A DNA stretch of 64,000 nucleotides from an uncultured Verrucomicrobiae bacterium (GCA_963769025.1 CAVYKI010000009.1:1216001-1280000); one strand, 5' to 3'. Positions 10,639-21,135 are shown, numbered from the stretch's first letter. The notes: generated by a model from the letters alone, not told the origin. Translations and numbers: made by a program.

Positions 10639-11475
10639 GTGAAGATCCTCCGTACCATCGCCGCCACCCGCCGCTTCCGCGCGCAGGCGCGGGGACGCGT
10701 GGTGCTCGTGCCGACGATGGGCGCGCTCCACGAAGGACACGCCGCGCTGGTCCGGCGGGCGCGCCGCGTCGCGGGAAAGGGCGGCACGGTCGTCGTGAGC
10801 ATTTTTGTGAATCCCACGCAGTTTGGCCCGAAGGAGGATCTCTCGCGCTACCCCCGCCCTTTCGCCGAGGACAGGAAGCTCTGCGCGTCGCTCGGCGTGG
10901 ACGCGATTTTCCATCCGCCGGCCCACGAGATGTATCGCGAGGATTTCTCGACGTGGGTGAACGAGGAGCGCGTATCGCGCGGGCTGTGCGGAGCATCGCG
11001 GCCCGGGCACTTCCGCGGAGTCTGCACGGTGGTGCTGAAGCTGTTCACGATCGTCCAGCCCGACGCCGCCATTTTTGGACTGAAGGATTTCCAGCAGTGC
11101 GGTGTGATCGCGCGGATGGTGCGCGACCTTGATTTGCCGGTGCGACTCGTCTTCGCGCCTACGGTCCGCGAACGCGACGGCCTCGCGCTCAGTTCCCGCA
11201 ATGCATTCCTATCGCCGGAGGAGCGCGCCGAGGCGCCCACGCTCCGCAGCGCACTGCTCGCGGCGCGTGGCGCATTTCTCAAGGGCGAGCGCAGCGCGGC
11301 CAAGCTCACGCATCTCGCAAGACGGCAAATTTCACGCAGCGCGCGCGTGGATTACATCGAAGTCGTGGACGCCGTCTCGCTGGCTCCCGTGCGGAAGCCG
11401 CGCGAGGATGACGCGATGGCGGTGGCGGCGTTCTTTGGCCGCACCCGGCTGATCGATAACATCCAGTTCCGCTAG
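10639..11475 (+). CDS. panC: Pantoate--beta-alanine ligase
   Basis: VPTMGALHEGH, SIFVNPTQF, RPGHFRGV, FGLKDFQQ, GLALSSRN, RLIDN. Confidence 0.96.
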   Translation: MKILRTIAATRRFRAQARGRVVLVPTMGALHEGHAALVRRARRVAGKGGTVVVSIFVNPTQFGPKEDLSRYPRPFAEDRKLCASLGVDAIFHPPAHEMYREDFSTWVNEERVSRGLCGASRPGHFRGVCTVVLKLFTIVQPDAAIFGLKDFQQCGVIARMVRDLDLPVRLVFAPTVRERDGLALSSRNAFLSPEERAEAPTLRSALLAARGAFLKGERSAAKLTHLARRQISRSARVDYIEVVDAVSLAPVRKPREDDAMAVAAFFGRTRLIDNIQFR

Positions 11476-11493
11476 CCCGCCCGTTTCCAAAAC

Positions 11494-13080
11494 ATGCTTC
11501 ATTTCGACTACGCAGTCATCGGCAGCGGCCTCGCGGGGCTGAGCTTTGCGCTCAAGGCGGCGCGCAACGGCACGGTTGTCATCATCACGAAGAAGGCAAA
11601 GGCCGAGTCGAACACCGCCTGGGCGCAGGGAGGCATCGCCTGCGTGACGGACGAGACGGACAGCATCGAATCCCACGTGCAGGACACGCTCATCGCCGGC
11701 GCGGGGCTGTGCGACGAGAAGGTCGTGCGCAGTATCGTGAGGGACGGGCCGGGGCGCATCGCGGAACTGATGGAGATTGGAGTGGTGTTTGATCAGCATG
11801 CCGATGGCCGGCCGGATCTCACGCGCGAGGGCGGACATGCGGCGCGGCGCATCCTGCATGCTCGCGACGCGACGGGCCGGGAGATCGAGCGCGCGCTGCT
11901 GGAGGCGGTCGCGAAGGAGCCGCGCATCACGCTGCTCGAAAATCACATGGCGGTGGACCTGATCACCTTGCGAAAGCTCGGGCTCTCCGCAGTGGAGGAT
12001 CGCTGCGTCGGGGCCTACGTGCTGAACGAGACGACCGGCGAAGTGCTGACGTTGCGCACGGACCGCGTGCTCCTCGCCACCGGCGGCTGCGGGAAGGTCT
12101 ATCGTTACACGACGAACCCGAGCATCGCGACCGGAGACGGCGTGGCGATGGCGTGGCGCGCGGGCGCCCCGGTCGCGAACATGGAGTTCATCCAGTTCCA
12201 CCCGACGTGCCTGTTTCATCCCGAGGCGCGAAGTTTCCTGATCACCGAGGCGATGCGCGGCGAAGGCGCGAGGCTCGTGGATGCGAACGGGAAGGAATTT
12301 GCACAGCGTTACGATCCGCGGGGCGCGCTGGCACCGCGTGACATCGTCGCCCGCGCGATCGATGCGGAGATGAAGCGCACCGGCAGCCCGTGCGTGTATC
12401 TGGACATCACCCACAAGCCCGCGGAATTCGTCCGCTCGCATTTCCCGACGATCCATGAGCGCTGCCTCGGGCTCGGCATCGACATCACGAAGGATCCCAT
12501 CCCCGTCGTGCCAGCGGCGCATTACCAATGCGGCGGAGTTGTCACCGACGACGATGGCGCCACGCCGCTGCCCGGCCTTCACGCGATCGGCGAAGTCGCG
12601 TGCACCGGGCTCCATGGCGCGAACCGGCTTGCGAGCAACAGCCTCCTCGAAGCCGTCGTCCTCGCGCACCGCGCCTTCCACGACCTCGCAAAATCGCAGC
12701 CGCCTTCCGAGCCCATGCTCACGGATCTGCCCGAGTGGAAGAGCGGCGACGCGACCCATGTGGACGAGCTCGTGGTGATTTACCACAACTGGGGCGAAAT
12801 CCGGCGGTTGATGTGGGACTATGTCGGCATCGTCCGCACCGACAAGCGGCTCAAGCGCGCCGGCGCACGGTTGCGGAATCTGCTCCAGGAAATTCAGGAG
12901 TTTTACTGGGACTTCAAGGTGACTACCGACCTGCTTGAGCTGCGAAACCTCGCGACGGTCGCCAGCCTGATCGTGGACAGCGCACTCCTCAGAAAGGAAA
13001 GCCGCGGCCTCCATTACACCCTGGACTACCTGCAGCAGGATGAGCGTTACCAGAGGCCGACGCTGCTGCGGAAGGTCTGA
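11494..13080 (+). CDS. nadB: L-aspartate oxidase
   Basis: GSGLAGL, AQGGIA, REGGH...RILH, EFIQFHPT, LITEAMRGEG, GLHGANRLASNSLLE, ESRGLHY. Confidence 0.95.
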   Translation: MLHFDYAVIGSGLAGLSFALKAARNGTVVIITKKAKAESNTAWAQGGIACVTDETDSIESHVQDTLIAGAGLCDEKVVRSIVRDGPGRIAELMEIGVVFDQHADGRPDLTREGGHAARRILHARDATGREIERALLEAVAKEPRITLLENHMAVDLITLRKLGLSAVEDRCVGAYVLNETTGEVLTLRTDRVLLATGGCGKVYRYTTNPSIATGDGVAMAWRAGAPVANMEFIQFHPTCLFHPEARSFLITEAMRGEGARLVDANGKEFAQRYDPRGALAPRDIVARAIDAEMKRTGSPCVYLDITHKPAEFVRSHFPTIHERCLGLGIDITKDPIPVVPAAHYQCGGVVTDDDGATPLPGLHAIGEVACTGLHGANRLASNSLLEAVVLAHRAFHDLAKSQPPSEPMLTDLPEWKSGDATHVDELVVIYHNWGEIRRLMWDYVGIVRTDKRLKRAGARLRNLLQEIQEFYWDFKVTTDLLELRNLATVASLIVDSALLRKESRGLHYTLDYLQQDERYQRPTLLRKV

Positions 13081-13123
13081 GGAATTCGACGGCTGCCATA
13101 GCCCTCAGACTTTGGGCACCGGG

Positions 13124-13140
13124 TTGGCATCCTCATTGCT
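13124..13140 (+). promoter_or_regulatory. Putative sigma-54 (-24/-12) promoter upstream of pilC
   Basis: TTGGCATCCTCATTGCT: GG-N10-GC spacing with TGGCA and TTGC, ending 12 nt before the pilC ATG. Confidence 0.55.
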
Positions 13141-13152
13141 ACCCTCACAGGT

Positions 13153-14370
13153 ATGCAAACTTTTGCCTACCAAGCCCGCGACGCCGCCGGAAAAATCTCG
13201 ACCGGTGTCCAAGAGGGAATGAACGAAGAAAACGCCGTGAACGCACTGATGTCCCGGGGCCTTCTGGTCCTGTCCATCCAGCAGAAATCGGCTAGCAAGC
13301 TCGTCCGTGGCAAGGCGAAGGTTCCCGATTCAGACCTCGTGATGTTCACCCGCCAGCTCGCGACGATGGTCGATGCGGGCCTGCCGCTCGTCACCGCGCT
13401 GACGGCGCTTTTTGAGCAGTCGGATCCGAAGAAACAGCCCGGTTTGCGCCGCGTGATCGGCGAGATCACAGCGCAGGTGCAGGATGGTTCCACCTTTAAC
13501 GACGCAATCCTGAAGCACCCGAAGGTCTTCTCGCGCCTCTACAGTTCGATGGTGAAGGCCGGTGAATCCGGCGGCATGCTCTCGGAAGTTCTCGACCGCC
13601 TCGCCGGGTTCCTCGAAGCGTCGGCTCGTCTTCGCAAGAAGGTGAAGTCGGCGATGACCTATCCGGCCATCGTCATTTCCATCGCGCTGGCCATCACGAC
13701 GTTCCTCATCGTGAAGGTCGTGCCGGTCTTCGGCAGCATCTTTGCCGACTTCGGTGCGAAGCTCCCGGCGCCCACTCAGTTCCTCATCGACCTGTCGGCG
13801 TTCGTCCGGGGCAACTGGTACTTCATCGTCGGCGCCATCGTCGGTGTGTTCTACGCGATTCGTGCATGGCTCAACACGGCGAAGGGCGCGGACACCTGGG
13901 ACCGCTGGAAACTCAAGCTGCCGATCTTCGGCCCGCTCACGCACAAGATTTGCATGAGCCGCTTTTCACGCACGTTTGCGCAGCTCATCCGCTCGGGTGT
14001 GCCGATTCTCGAGGTCATGCAAATCGTCGGCGACACGTCCGGCAACAGCGTGGTGACCAAGGCCATCAAGTCCGTCTCCGCCGATGTCGAGAAGGGCGAT
14101 CACCTCACTGCTTCGCTCAGCCGGCAGGCAATTTTCCCGCCGATGATGCTCCGCATGGTCGCCGCCGGCGAGAGCACCGGCAAAATCGACACCATGCTCG
14201 AGAAGATGGCGGATTTCTGGGACGAGGAGATCGAGGCGACGCTTGCCGCGCTGACTTCCCTGCTGGAGCCGCTGCTCATCGTTTTCCTTGGCGTGATCGT
14301 CGGCGGCATCGTCATCGCGATGTTCCTCCCGATCTTCAAGCTGAACGATATCGTCTCAGCGAACAAATAG
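13153..14370 (+). CDS. pilC: Type IV pilus inner-membrane platform protein (PilC/GspF family)
   Basis: FTRQLATMVDAGLPL, MVKAGESGG, KVKSAMTYP, AGESTGKID.ML, LEPLLIVFLG...MFLPIF. Confidence 0.93.
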   Translation: MQTFAYQARDAAGKISTGVQEGMNEENAVNALMSRGLLVLSIQQKSASKLVRGKAKVPDSDLVMFTRQLATMVDAGLPLVTALTALFEQSDPKKQPGLRRVIGEITAQVQDGSTFNDAILKHPKVFSRLYSSMVKAGESGGMLSEVLDRLAGFLEASARLRKKVKSAMTYPAIVISIALAITTFLIVKVVPVFGSIFADFGAKLPAPTQFLIDLSAFVRGNWYFIVGAIVGVFYAIRAWLNTAKGADTWDRWKLKLPIFGPLTHKICMSRFSRTFAQLIRSGVPILEVMQIVGDTSGNSVVTKAIKSVSADVEKGDHLTASLSRQAIFPPMMLRMVAAGESTGKIDTMLEKMADFWDEEIEATLAALTSLLEPLLIVFLGVIVGGIVIAMFLPIFKLNDIVSANK

Positions 14371-14913
14371 GCCGCCGGCCACCAGCAACGCTCCATAGGC
14401 GAGCCCGGCGAAAGCCGCGGCTCGCCAGCGTTTTTCGGAGGAACTCAGCCAGGAGATCTGGTCGCGCAACGTGTAAGGCATGCCCACCCAGAACATGCCG
14501 AGCAGCACCCACACATAGACCAGCACGACGAGGAGTAGACGGATGCTTTCCGGGCGCATGAATGCGGACTCCAGCAGCGGTTCAGCCGCCAGCAGCGCGC
14601 AGGTGCCGAGGGCGCGGACGGAGAGAAAATCGGGGATGAACAGAATCGCCAGCGCCGTCGCGATGGGAGTGCCCACGAGCACAGTGTTCCGCCACGGGTC
14701 GAAGTCGCCGAGATCCATTTTCTGCACGAGGAAGAAAAACCACGCACCGGCGACCAGGGCGAGGACGACGCCGGCCTCGCGGCTCCGGTGAAATTTCTGC
14801 AGCCAGTCCCGGACTTCTTCGCCCTTCGCGATTGCGAACATATGCACAAGGAACATGATCCCGCCGATTGCGAGCATCGTGAGCTTGAGGGTCAGCCAGG
14901 AGGGATAAATCAT
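14356..14913 (-). CDS. Hypothetical integral membrane protein
   Basis: Several hydrophobic segments; motifs FLSVRALG and MPYTLRDQI; lies downstream of purQ. Confidence 0.75.
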   Translation of the reverse strand: MIYPSWLTLKLTMLAIGGIMFLVHMFAIAKGEEVRDWLQKFHRSREAGVVLALVAGAWFFFLVQKMDLGDFDPWRNTVLVGTPIATALAILFIPDFLSVRALGTCALLAAEPLLESAFMRPESIRLLLVVLVYVWVLLGMFWVGMPYTLRDQISWLSSSEKRWRAAAFAGLAYGALLVAGGLFVR

Positions 14914-14973
14914 TCGAAAGGTCGCGTATGCAATGGAGCCGGCCCCTGCGCGGCAAGCGAAAAGCCCCGACGG

Positions 14974-15675
14974 CTATGCCACGAGCGCTTTTGCGAGCGT
15001 CGCCACCAACGAATCGAACACCACCCGGCCGTCCTCGCTGAGCAGTGCGCTGTCGCACGCGCGCTCGGGATGCGGCATCAGGCCGAACACATTCCGCTTC
15101 GCATTGCAGATGCCCGCGATGTTTTCCGCGGAGCCATTCGGGTTCGCTGCGGGCGTGATGCGCCCCGCCCCGTCGCAGTAGCGCAGGAGCACGCGTGACT
15201 CGTCGTTCAGCGTCCGGAGCGTCCCGGCGTCCGCCGTGTAGCTGCCTTCGCCGTGGGCGATCGGGATGTTCAACACGCGACCGTTTTCGGATGCGCAGAG
15301 GAAAGGGTTCGCCGTGTTCTCGACGCGGAGCAGCACGTGCTCGCAGCGGAAGTGCAGGTCTCGATTGCGGATGAGCGCGCCGGGGAGCAGACCGCTTTCG
15401 CAGAGGATTTGGAAGCCGTTGCAGATGCCCAGCACCAGCACGCCCCGGCCGGCCTGCTCGACGACGGATTTCATCACCGGGGAATACCGCGCAATGGAAC
15501 CGCAGCGGAGGTAGTCGCCGTAGCTGAACCCGCCCGGGAGGACGATGAGATCGTAGCCCGCGGCGCTGGTTTCCTTGTGCCAGAGGAAGTCGGTGTCGAA
15601 GCCGAATTCGCGCAGGACGAAGTGGCAGTCCTGATCGCAGTTTGAGCCCGGGAAGCGGATGACGGCGGCGCGCAT
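14974..15675 (-). CDS. purQ: Phosphoribosylformylglycinamidine synthase glutaminase subunit
   Basis: [40 protein letters not shown]. Confidence 0.96.
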   Translation of the reverse strand: MRAAVIRFPGSNCDQDCHFVLREFGFDTDFLWHKETSAAGYDLIVLPGGFSYGDYLRCGSIARYSPVMKSVVEQAGRGVLVLGICNGFQILCESGLLPGALIRNRDLHFRCEHVLLRVENTANPFLCASENGRVLNIPIAHGEGSYTADAGTLRTLNDESRVLLRYCDGAGRITPAANPNGSAENIAGICNAKRNVFGLMPHPERACDSALLSEDGRVVFDSLVATLAKALVA

Positions 15676-15678
15676 GTC

Positions 15679-15909
15679 CTACTTCTCCAACACGAGTTGG
15701 TAATCTTCAATGACCGGATTGCTCAGGAGGTCGCGGCAGATTTCATGCATCTGCGCCTCATCGGCGCCCTCCACTTCGACTTCGAGCATTTTCCCGACGC
15801 GCACGCTTTTCACACCGGGCAGGCCGTGGTGGCGCATGGCTTCCCGCACGGCGACGCCCTGCGGGTCGAGGATGCTTTGTTTCGGCATCACGATGACTTT
15901 TGCTTTCAT
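15679..15909 (-). CDS. purS: FGAM synthase subunit PurS
   Basis: MKAKVIVMPKQSILDPQG...VRVGK...LLSNPVIEDY; adjacent to purQ. Confidence 0.94.
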   Translation of the reverse strand: MKAKVIVMPKQSILDPQGVAVREAMRHHGLPGVKSVRVGKMLEVEVEGADEAQMHEICRDLLSNPVIEDYQLVLEK

Positions 15910-16031
15910 AGGAGGCGCGGCTTTTAGAGAGCCCGGCATCACGTGTCGAGCACTCCGCGATTCGTTCGGGAAAATTCCGCACACCGAGTCTCGGCTCGAC
16001 ACCCTTCCCCGCCCGCGGCTACCGTCCCTGC

Positions 16032-16835
16032 ATGTCTTTCCGTGCCTGCCTGTCCGCCTTTTTCGGGCTGGCTGCGTGTGCGCTCGCCGAGGTCCCCGCG
16101 CCCCAACCGCTCGCCGAAGAACAGATCCGCACGGCTGAATTTCTCGACCTTTCCATCCCGAATCCGGGCGAGTTGTTCGCGGCCTACGGCAAGGTGGCGG
16201 TGCCCGACTGGGCCGCGCTTTTCCGCAAGCCGCCGCAAACCTCCCACATCACCCGGCCCCACATCGCACTCAACCTGGGCACGCTCATCGCGGAGGGCTT
16301 TCTCGCGGCCGAGGCACAGGACAAGCAGCAGGTGAAAAACGTTTCCAGGGAGATCAAGCTGCTCGCGAAGGGCCTCGGCCGGGAACAGGAATTCATGGTG
16401 CGAAACAACAGCATCGCGGACTTTGCCGACAGCCGTCGCTGGGACGCGCTCGACGAGGAACTCGAGGCGGTGCAGAGCGAATTTGCGTCCGCAATGAACG
16501 CGCAGCACGACGAAGAGCTCGTGACACTCATGTCGCTCGGCTGCTGGCTTCGCGCGCTGGAAGTCGTGAGTTCGCACCTTGCCGCCAAGTACACGCCCGA
16601 GGGTGCGGCGATTCTCCGCCAGCCGGGAGTCGGGGAATTTTTCGTCGCCCGGATGGACGCGCTGCCGGAGAAGATGAAAGCCATCCCGGTCGTCGCCGAA
16701 ATCCGCCGTCGCATGCCCGAGCTCGCCACGGCATTGTCGCTGCCCGTGGAAACGCCGCCCACCAGCGAAGCCGTGACTGGCCTCCAGAGCCTCACCACGG
16801 GGATCCTCAATCTCGTCACCGCGCCCGAAAAATGA
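16032..16835 (+). CDS. Secreted alpha-helical hypothetical protein
   Basis: Signal-like N-terminus; IPNPGELF, ALNLGTLIAEGFLA; ATGA overlap with the next gene. Confidence 0.75.
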   Translation: MSFRACLSAFFGLAACALAEVPAPQPLAEEQIRTAEFLDLSIPNPGELFAAYGKVAVPDWAALFRKPPQTSHITRPHIALNLGTLIAEGFLAAEAQDKQQVKNVSREIKLLAKGLGREQEFMVRNNSIADFADSRRWDALDEELEAVQSEFASAMNAQHDEELVTLMSLGCWLRALEVVSSHLAAKYTPEGAAILRQPGVGEFFVARMDALPEKMKAIPVVAEIRRRMPELATALSLPVETPPTSEAVTGLQSLTTGILNLVTAPEK

Positions 16836-17266
16836 ACCCGGCCATTTTTCCCGCATCCGTGCTCGCGCTCGCGACGGCCCTCAATGCCGCACCGGTGAGC
16901 AGCGACGCCGTGGTCACCAGCCGTCGCGCCGCGCTTGAGCTCGCAGGCGCGTGGACAAACGACGGCTTCCGGCTCCGCGAGCGCTCGTGGACTGGCACGC
17001 TCCCCGGCGACAAGCCGGCCCTCGCTCGCGTGAACCTGCTCGCGGGAAACCGCTACTGGTTCACTGTCGCCACCAATGCGGCCTCGACGACGCTTTCGTT
17101 GAACATTTACGACGAACGCGGAATGCCCGTGACCTCGGAAAACTATCAGGACGGCCCGGTGGCCGCCGCGGGTTTCGCCCCGCCGGCGAGCGGGTCTTAC
17201 CTCATCGCCATCAGCGAATCCACCGGCACGCCAGTGCCTTTCTGCCTCATCTATTCCTACAAATAG
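16832..17266 (+). CDS. Secreted hypothetical protein (beta-sandwich / PPC-like)
   Basis: Signal peptide; LAGNRYWF, LNIYDERG, PPASGSYLI pattern; translationally coupled to the upstream gene. Confidence 0.7.
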   Translation: MNPAIFPASVLALATALNAAPVSSDAVVTSRRAALELAGAWTNDGFRLRERSWTGTLPGDKPALARVNLLAGNRYWFTVATNAASTTLSLNIYDERGMPVTSENYQDGPVAAAGFAPPASGSYLIAISESTGTPVPFCLIYSYK

Positions 17267-17268
17267 CA

Positions 17269-17745
17269 ATGCCTACCAAGACCCCGACCACCAAATCCGC
17301 CGGAACCCGGGCCGCCCGCGAGCGCGTCGTCCAGTTCAGCATCTTCCTCCGCAACAAAGTCGGCGCCTTTCTGGATGTGGTGAGGCTGCTGCGCGAACAC
17401 AGCGTCCAAGTCCTCGGCACCACCATCGAACCGAGCGCGGACACCGCAATCGTCCGCATCGTCGTCAGCGATCCGGAGGCGGTGGAGGAAATCTTTCATT
17501 TGCACTCAATCCCCTATTCCACCTGGCCGCTGGTGGTGGTGGAGCTCAAGGAAGCCGCGCACTTCAGTGAAGTCCTCACGGCATTGCTCGCCGCGGAGGT
17601 GAACATCTACGGGGCCTATGCGCTGCTCACCCGGCCGCGCGGGCACGCGACGCTGGCGCTGCACGTGGAAGATAACGACTGCGCGACCTCCGTGCTCAGC
17701 GGCAGCGGGTTCATCATCCTGAATCAGGACGATCTCTCCCGCTGA
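17269..17745 (+). CDS. Tandem ACT-domain protein
   Basis: QFSIFLRNKVGAFLDVVRLL...IVRIVVSDPE...LLAAEVNIYGAYALL. Confidence 0.8.
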   Translation: MPTKTPTTKSAGTRAARERVVQFSIFLRNKVGAFLDVVRLLREHSVQVLGTTIEPSADTAIVRIVVSDPEAVEEIFHLHSIPYSTWPLVVVELKEAAHFSEVLTALLAAEVNIYGAYALLTRPRGHATLALHVEDNDCATSVLSGSGFIILNQDDLSR

Positions 17746-17751
17746 GGTCCG

Positions 17752-18366
17752 CTACTGCGCGGCCCGCTCCGTCACGACAGCGGCAGCAATCCGCGCCCCG
17801 GGGAGCTCCGTCGCAGGACCGACATCCGGCAGCGGAAGGAATTCGTTGACGATCCTCACCTTCGCGCCGACGCCCACCGTGTTGTAAAGTTTGACCACGT
17901 CGGAAGAGCGCATCCGGATGCAGCCGTAGCTCGCCGGTGTGCCGATCTTCGACTCCTCGGCAGTGCCGTGAATGTAAATGTAGCGGCTGTATGAATTGCG
18001 GTTCGAAGGCTCCTTACCGCTCAGCCACAGGATGCGCGATACGATCGGGTCACGGCCCGGGGCGTTGGGCTTCACAATCTCGCCGGTGGGCCGGCAGCTT
18101 TTGAATTTCATCCCCTGCGGCTGGCCGCCGCCAATCTTCCGCGCCACCTCATGCTCGCCGAGCGGCGTCCCGTAGCTTCCGCTCCGGCTGCTCAGGCAGA
18201 ATTTCGACGTGGAGACATCATACACACGCACCAGCGTTCCCTTGCGATAGAGCGCGAGTTTCTGCTCCGGGACGCTCACGACCATCGTATGCACCGTGTC
18301 CCTCGCGCAGGAGGCGAGAAACAAACTGAACCCAAGTGAGAGAAGCCGGAATAATGGTGTCCGCAT
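17752..18366 (-). CDS. L,D-transpeptidase (YkuD family) lipoprotein
   Basis: Lipobox LASC; IYIHGT...IGTPASYGCIRM catalytic motif. Confidence 0.9.
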   Translation of the reverse strand: MRTPLFRLLSLGFSLFLASCARDTVHTMVVSVPEQKLALYRKGTLVRVYDVSTSKFCLSSRSGSYGTPLGEHEVARKIGGGQPQGMKFKSCRPTGEIVKPNAPGRDPIVSRILWLSGKEPSNRNSYSRYIYIHGTAEESKIGTPASYGCIRMRSSDVVKLYNTVGVGAKVRIVNEFLPLPDVGPATELPGARIAAAVVTERAAQ

Positions 18367-18470
18367 AATCGCTCACAATACACCCACGAGTAGCGCCTCG
18401 CAAATGGGAGTTTCTTGCCGGACGGATTTACCTTGAGACACGCACTTCCGTCCCCATCCTTTCGACCACA

Positions 18471-19899
18471 ATGATTCAGCGCCTTTTCACAATCTCCGCA
18501 GCACTGCTCTTTTCCCTCGCAGCAGCCTGCGCCGCGTTGAAGCCGGGCGAGACCGCTCCAAACCCAAAACCTGACGCCCCCGCTGCCGCACCCTCCACCG
18601 GCCCCGTGTACGTTTTTCCGTTCAAGGATGAGGTCAGCCCCGCCAATCTCGCCTTCCTCCGCCGTTCGCTGAAGGAAGCCGAGCGCGCGGGTGCCAGCGC
18701 CTTCATCATCGACATGGACACGCCCGGCGGGCGGCTCGACGTGACGCTCGATATTTTCGAACTCATGCGCCGGACGAAGCTGCCAACGATCACATTCGTG
18801 AATCCGAACGCACTGTCCGCAGGGGCGCTGATTTCGCTCTCCACGCCGAAGATCTATATGCGCCCCGACGCAACCATCGGTGCGGCGGCCGTCGTGGGTG
18901 GCGAAGGCGCGGACATCCAGAATACGATGAAGTCGAAAATCGACTCATTCATGACGGCGAAGATGCGCGGTGTGGCCGTGGCGAACGGCCATAACCCGGA
19001 CATCGCGGAGGCATTCATGATCCTCGGCAAGGAGATCAAGATCGGAGACGAACTTGTGAACTCGAAGGACAGGCTCCTCAGCCTGAATGGCCGCGAGGCT
19101 GCGAAGCTGTACGACGGCAAACCGCTCCTCGCCGCGGGCCTCGCCGAGAACGTGGAGGAGGTGCTCAAACTCGAAGGGCTCACCGGCCCGGTGGTGCGAA
19201 TCACCGCGACGGGCTTTGAAAAGGTTGCCTTTTGGATCACGATGCTCGCCCCCATTTTGCTCATGGGCGGCATCATCGGCGCATACGTCGAAATCAAGTC
19301 TCCCGGCTTCGGCATCCCCGGAATCGCGTCGCTCATCTGCTTCGCGCTTTTCTTCGGCGGTCATCTCATCGCCGGCCTTGCCGGATGGGAGGCGGTCGTC
19401 ATTTTCGCCATCGGCGTGGTGCTGATCCTTCTCGAGTTTTTCGTGATGCCGGGCACTTTCCTGCCAGGAATCGCCGGCACTTTTCTCATCCTGGGCTCCG
19501 TGGTGTGGGCGATGGTGGATCGCTGGCCGAGCCAGACGGGTCTTCCTTCCAGCGAGTCGCTCCAGCAGCCGTTGTTCAATCTGCTCGTTGGCGCGGGCGG
19601 TGCCGCCGTCGCCGCCGCAGTCATCATGAAGTTCCTTCCGAAGACCGCATTTTACCGGCGCCTCGTGCTCGGCGACTTCCTCCGCGAGCGGCCCGGCCAT
19701 CACCGTGCCCACCGTCAACCTGACTGTGCGCGTGGGCGAGATCGGCGTCGCCACCACCACGCTGCGCCCCTCGGGAAAGGCGACCTTCCGCGGCGAGCCC
19801 CACGATGTCGTCACCGGGGGCGATTACATCAACGCAGGCACAAGCGTGAAGGTCATCAGCGTCGATGGCATGCGGGTGATCGTCGAGCCCGAGGGCTAG
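18471..19899 (+). CDS. NfeD-family membrane serine protease (ClpP class); frameshift near 19690
   Basis: MDTPGG, ALSAGALI, IGAA, EIKSPGFGIPG. C-terminal OB domain (G.A.TTLRPSGKA...DVVT.G.YI) is in ORF 19705-19899. Confidence 0.88.
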
Positions 19900-19995
19900 T
19901 TCCTCGGACACGAATCGAATCCCGCAGGGCGGATCCTGAAAAGCATCCGTGCATTGCCAACCGCACGCCCCGCGCCTAACGCTCCCCTCTTTCCA

Positions 19996-21126
19996 ATGAC
20001 CATGACCTCCGCCAGCCAAGTCAACCCCGCCGAACGCATCCTCATGGGCCCCGGCCCCAGCAGCGTCCCGCATCGCGTGCTCCGCGCGATGGGCGCGCCG
20101 ACGCTCGGCCATCTCGACCCGCAGTATCTCGCGATCATGGACGAGACGTGCGAAATGCTCCGGCAGGTCTTTCGCACCGCGAACAAGCTCACCTTCCCCG
20201 TCAGCGGCACCGGCATGGCCGGCATGGAATGCATCGCGACGAATCTCCTCGAACGCGGCGACGAAGCCATCGTGTGCGTGAACGGCGTCTTCGGCAGTCG
20301 CATGAAGGACGTGATGGAACGCTGCGGCGCAACCGTCCACGCGATCGAAGCGCCGTGGGGCGACATCATTTCCAAGGAGCAAGTCGCCGCCGCACTCGAC
20401 GCGCACCCGAAGGCGAAGCTGCTCGGCATCGTCCACGCCGAGACGAGCACCGGCGCGCTCCAGCCGCTCGAAGGACTCTCCGCGCTCTGCCGTGAAAAAG
20501 GCGCGCTGTTCGTCGTGGATGCCGTCACTTCCCTCGGCGGCCACGAACTGCGCGTGGACGACTGGGGCATCGACGCGATCTACAGCGGCACGCAGAAATG
20601 CCTCTCGTGCCCGCCCGGCCTCTCGCCCGTGAGCTTCGGCGACCGCGCCCTCGCGGTGATGGATGCACGAAAGACAAAAGTGCAGTCCTGGTATCTCGAT
20701 GTCTCGTTGCTGCGGAAGTATTACATGAACCCCGGCGCCGGCGGCGGCCGCGTGTATCACCACACCGCGCCGATCAACATGACCTACGCGCTGCGCGAGT
20801 CCCTCGCCATCCTCCTCGAGGAAGGACTCGACGCGCGCATCGAACGCCACCGCATCATGCACCTGCGCCTGCGTGCCGGATTGGAAAAACTCGGCCTGAG
20901 CTACGTGCCGAAGCATTCGCTGCACACGCTGAACTGCATCCACGCCCCCGAAGGCCGCGACGAGGCCGCGCTGCGCAAGCGCCTGCTCGAGGAATACGGA
21001 ATCGAAATCGGCGCCGGCCTCGGCCCGATGGCGGGCAAGGCCATCCGCATCGGCCTCATGGGCCACTCCGCCTCGCAGCGGAATGTGGATCTCGTCCTCG
21101 CCGCGCTCGCGGAAATCCTCCGCTGA
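19996..21126 (+). CDS. Alanine/serine--glyoxylate aminotransferase (class V PLP)
   Basis: LMGPGPS, SGTGMAGME, VHAETSTG, VDAVTSLGG, SGTQKCLSCPPG, YHHTAP, RIGLMG. Confidence 0.92.
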   Translation: MTMTSASQVNPAERILMGPGPSSVPHRVLRAMGAPTLGHLDPQYLAIMDETCEMLRQVFRTANKLTFPVSGTGMAGMECIATNLLERGDEAIVCVNGVFGSRMKDVMERCGATVHAIEAPWGDIISKEQVAAALDAHPKAKLLGIVHAETSTGALQPLEGLSALCREKGALFVVDAVTSLGGHELRVDDWGIDAIYSGTQKCLSCPPGLSPVSFGDRALAVMDARKTKVQSWYLDVSLLRKYYMNPGAGGGRVYHHTAPINMTYALRESLAILLEEGLDARIERHRIMHLRLRAGLEKLGLSYVPKHSLHTLNCIHAPEGRDEAALRKRLLEEYGIEIGAGLGPMAGKAIRIGLMGHSASQRNVDLVLAALAEILR

Positions 21127-21135
21127 GGAAACGCC

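Noticed and set aside
574..13014. Long antisense or alternative-frame ORFs (e.g. 574-2400 +, 4187-5608 +, 8235-10817 -, 11332-13014 -)
   Set aside because: Shadow ORFs of real high-GC genes; Arg/Ala/Pro-rich with no recognisable motifs.
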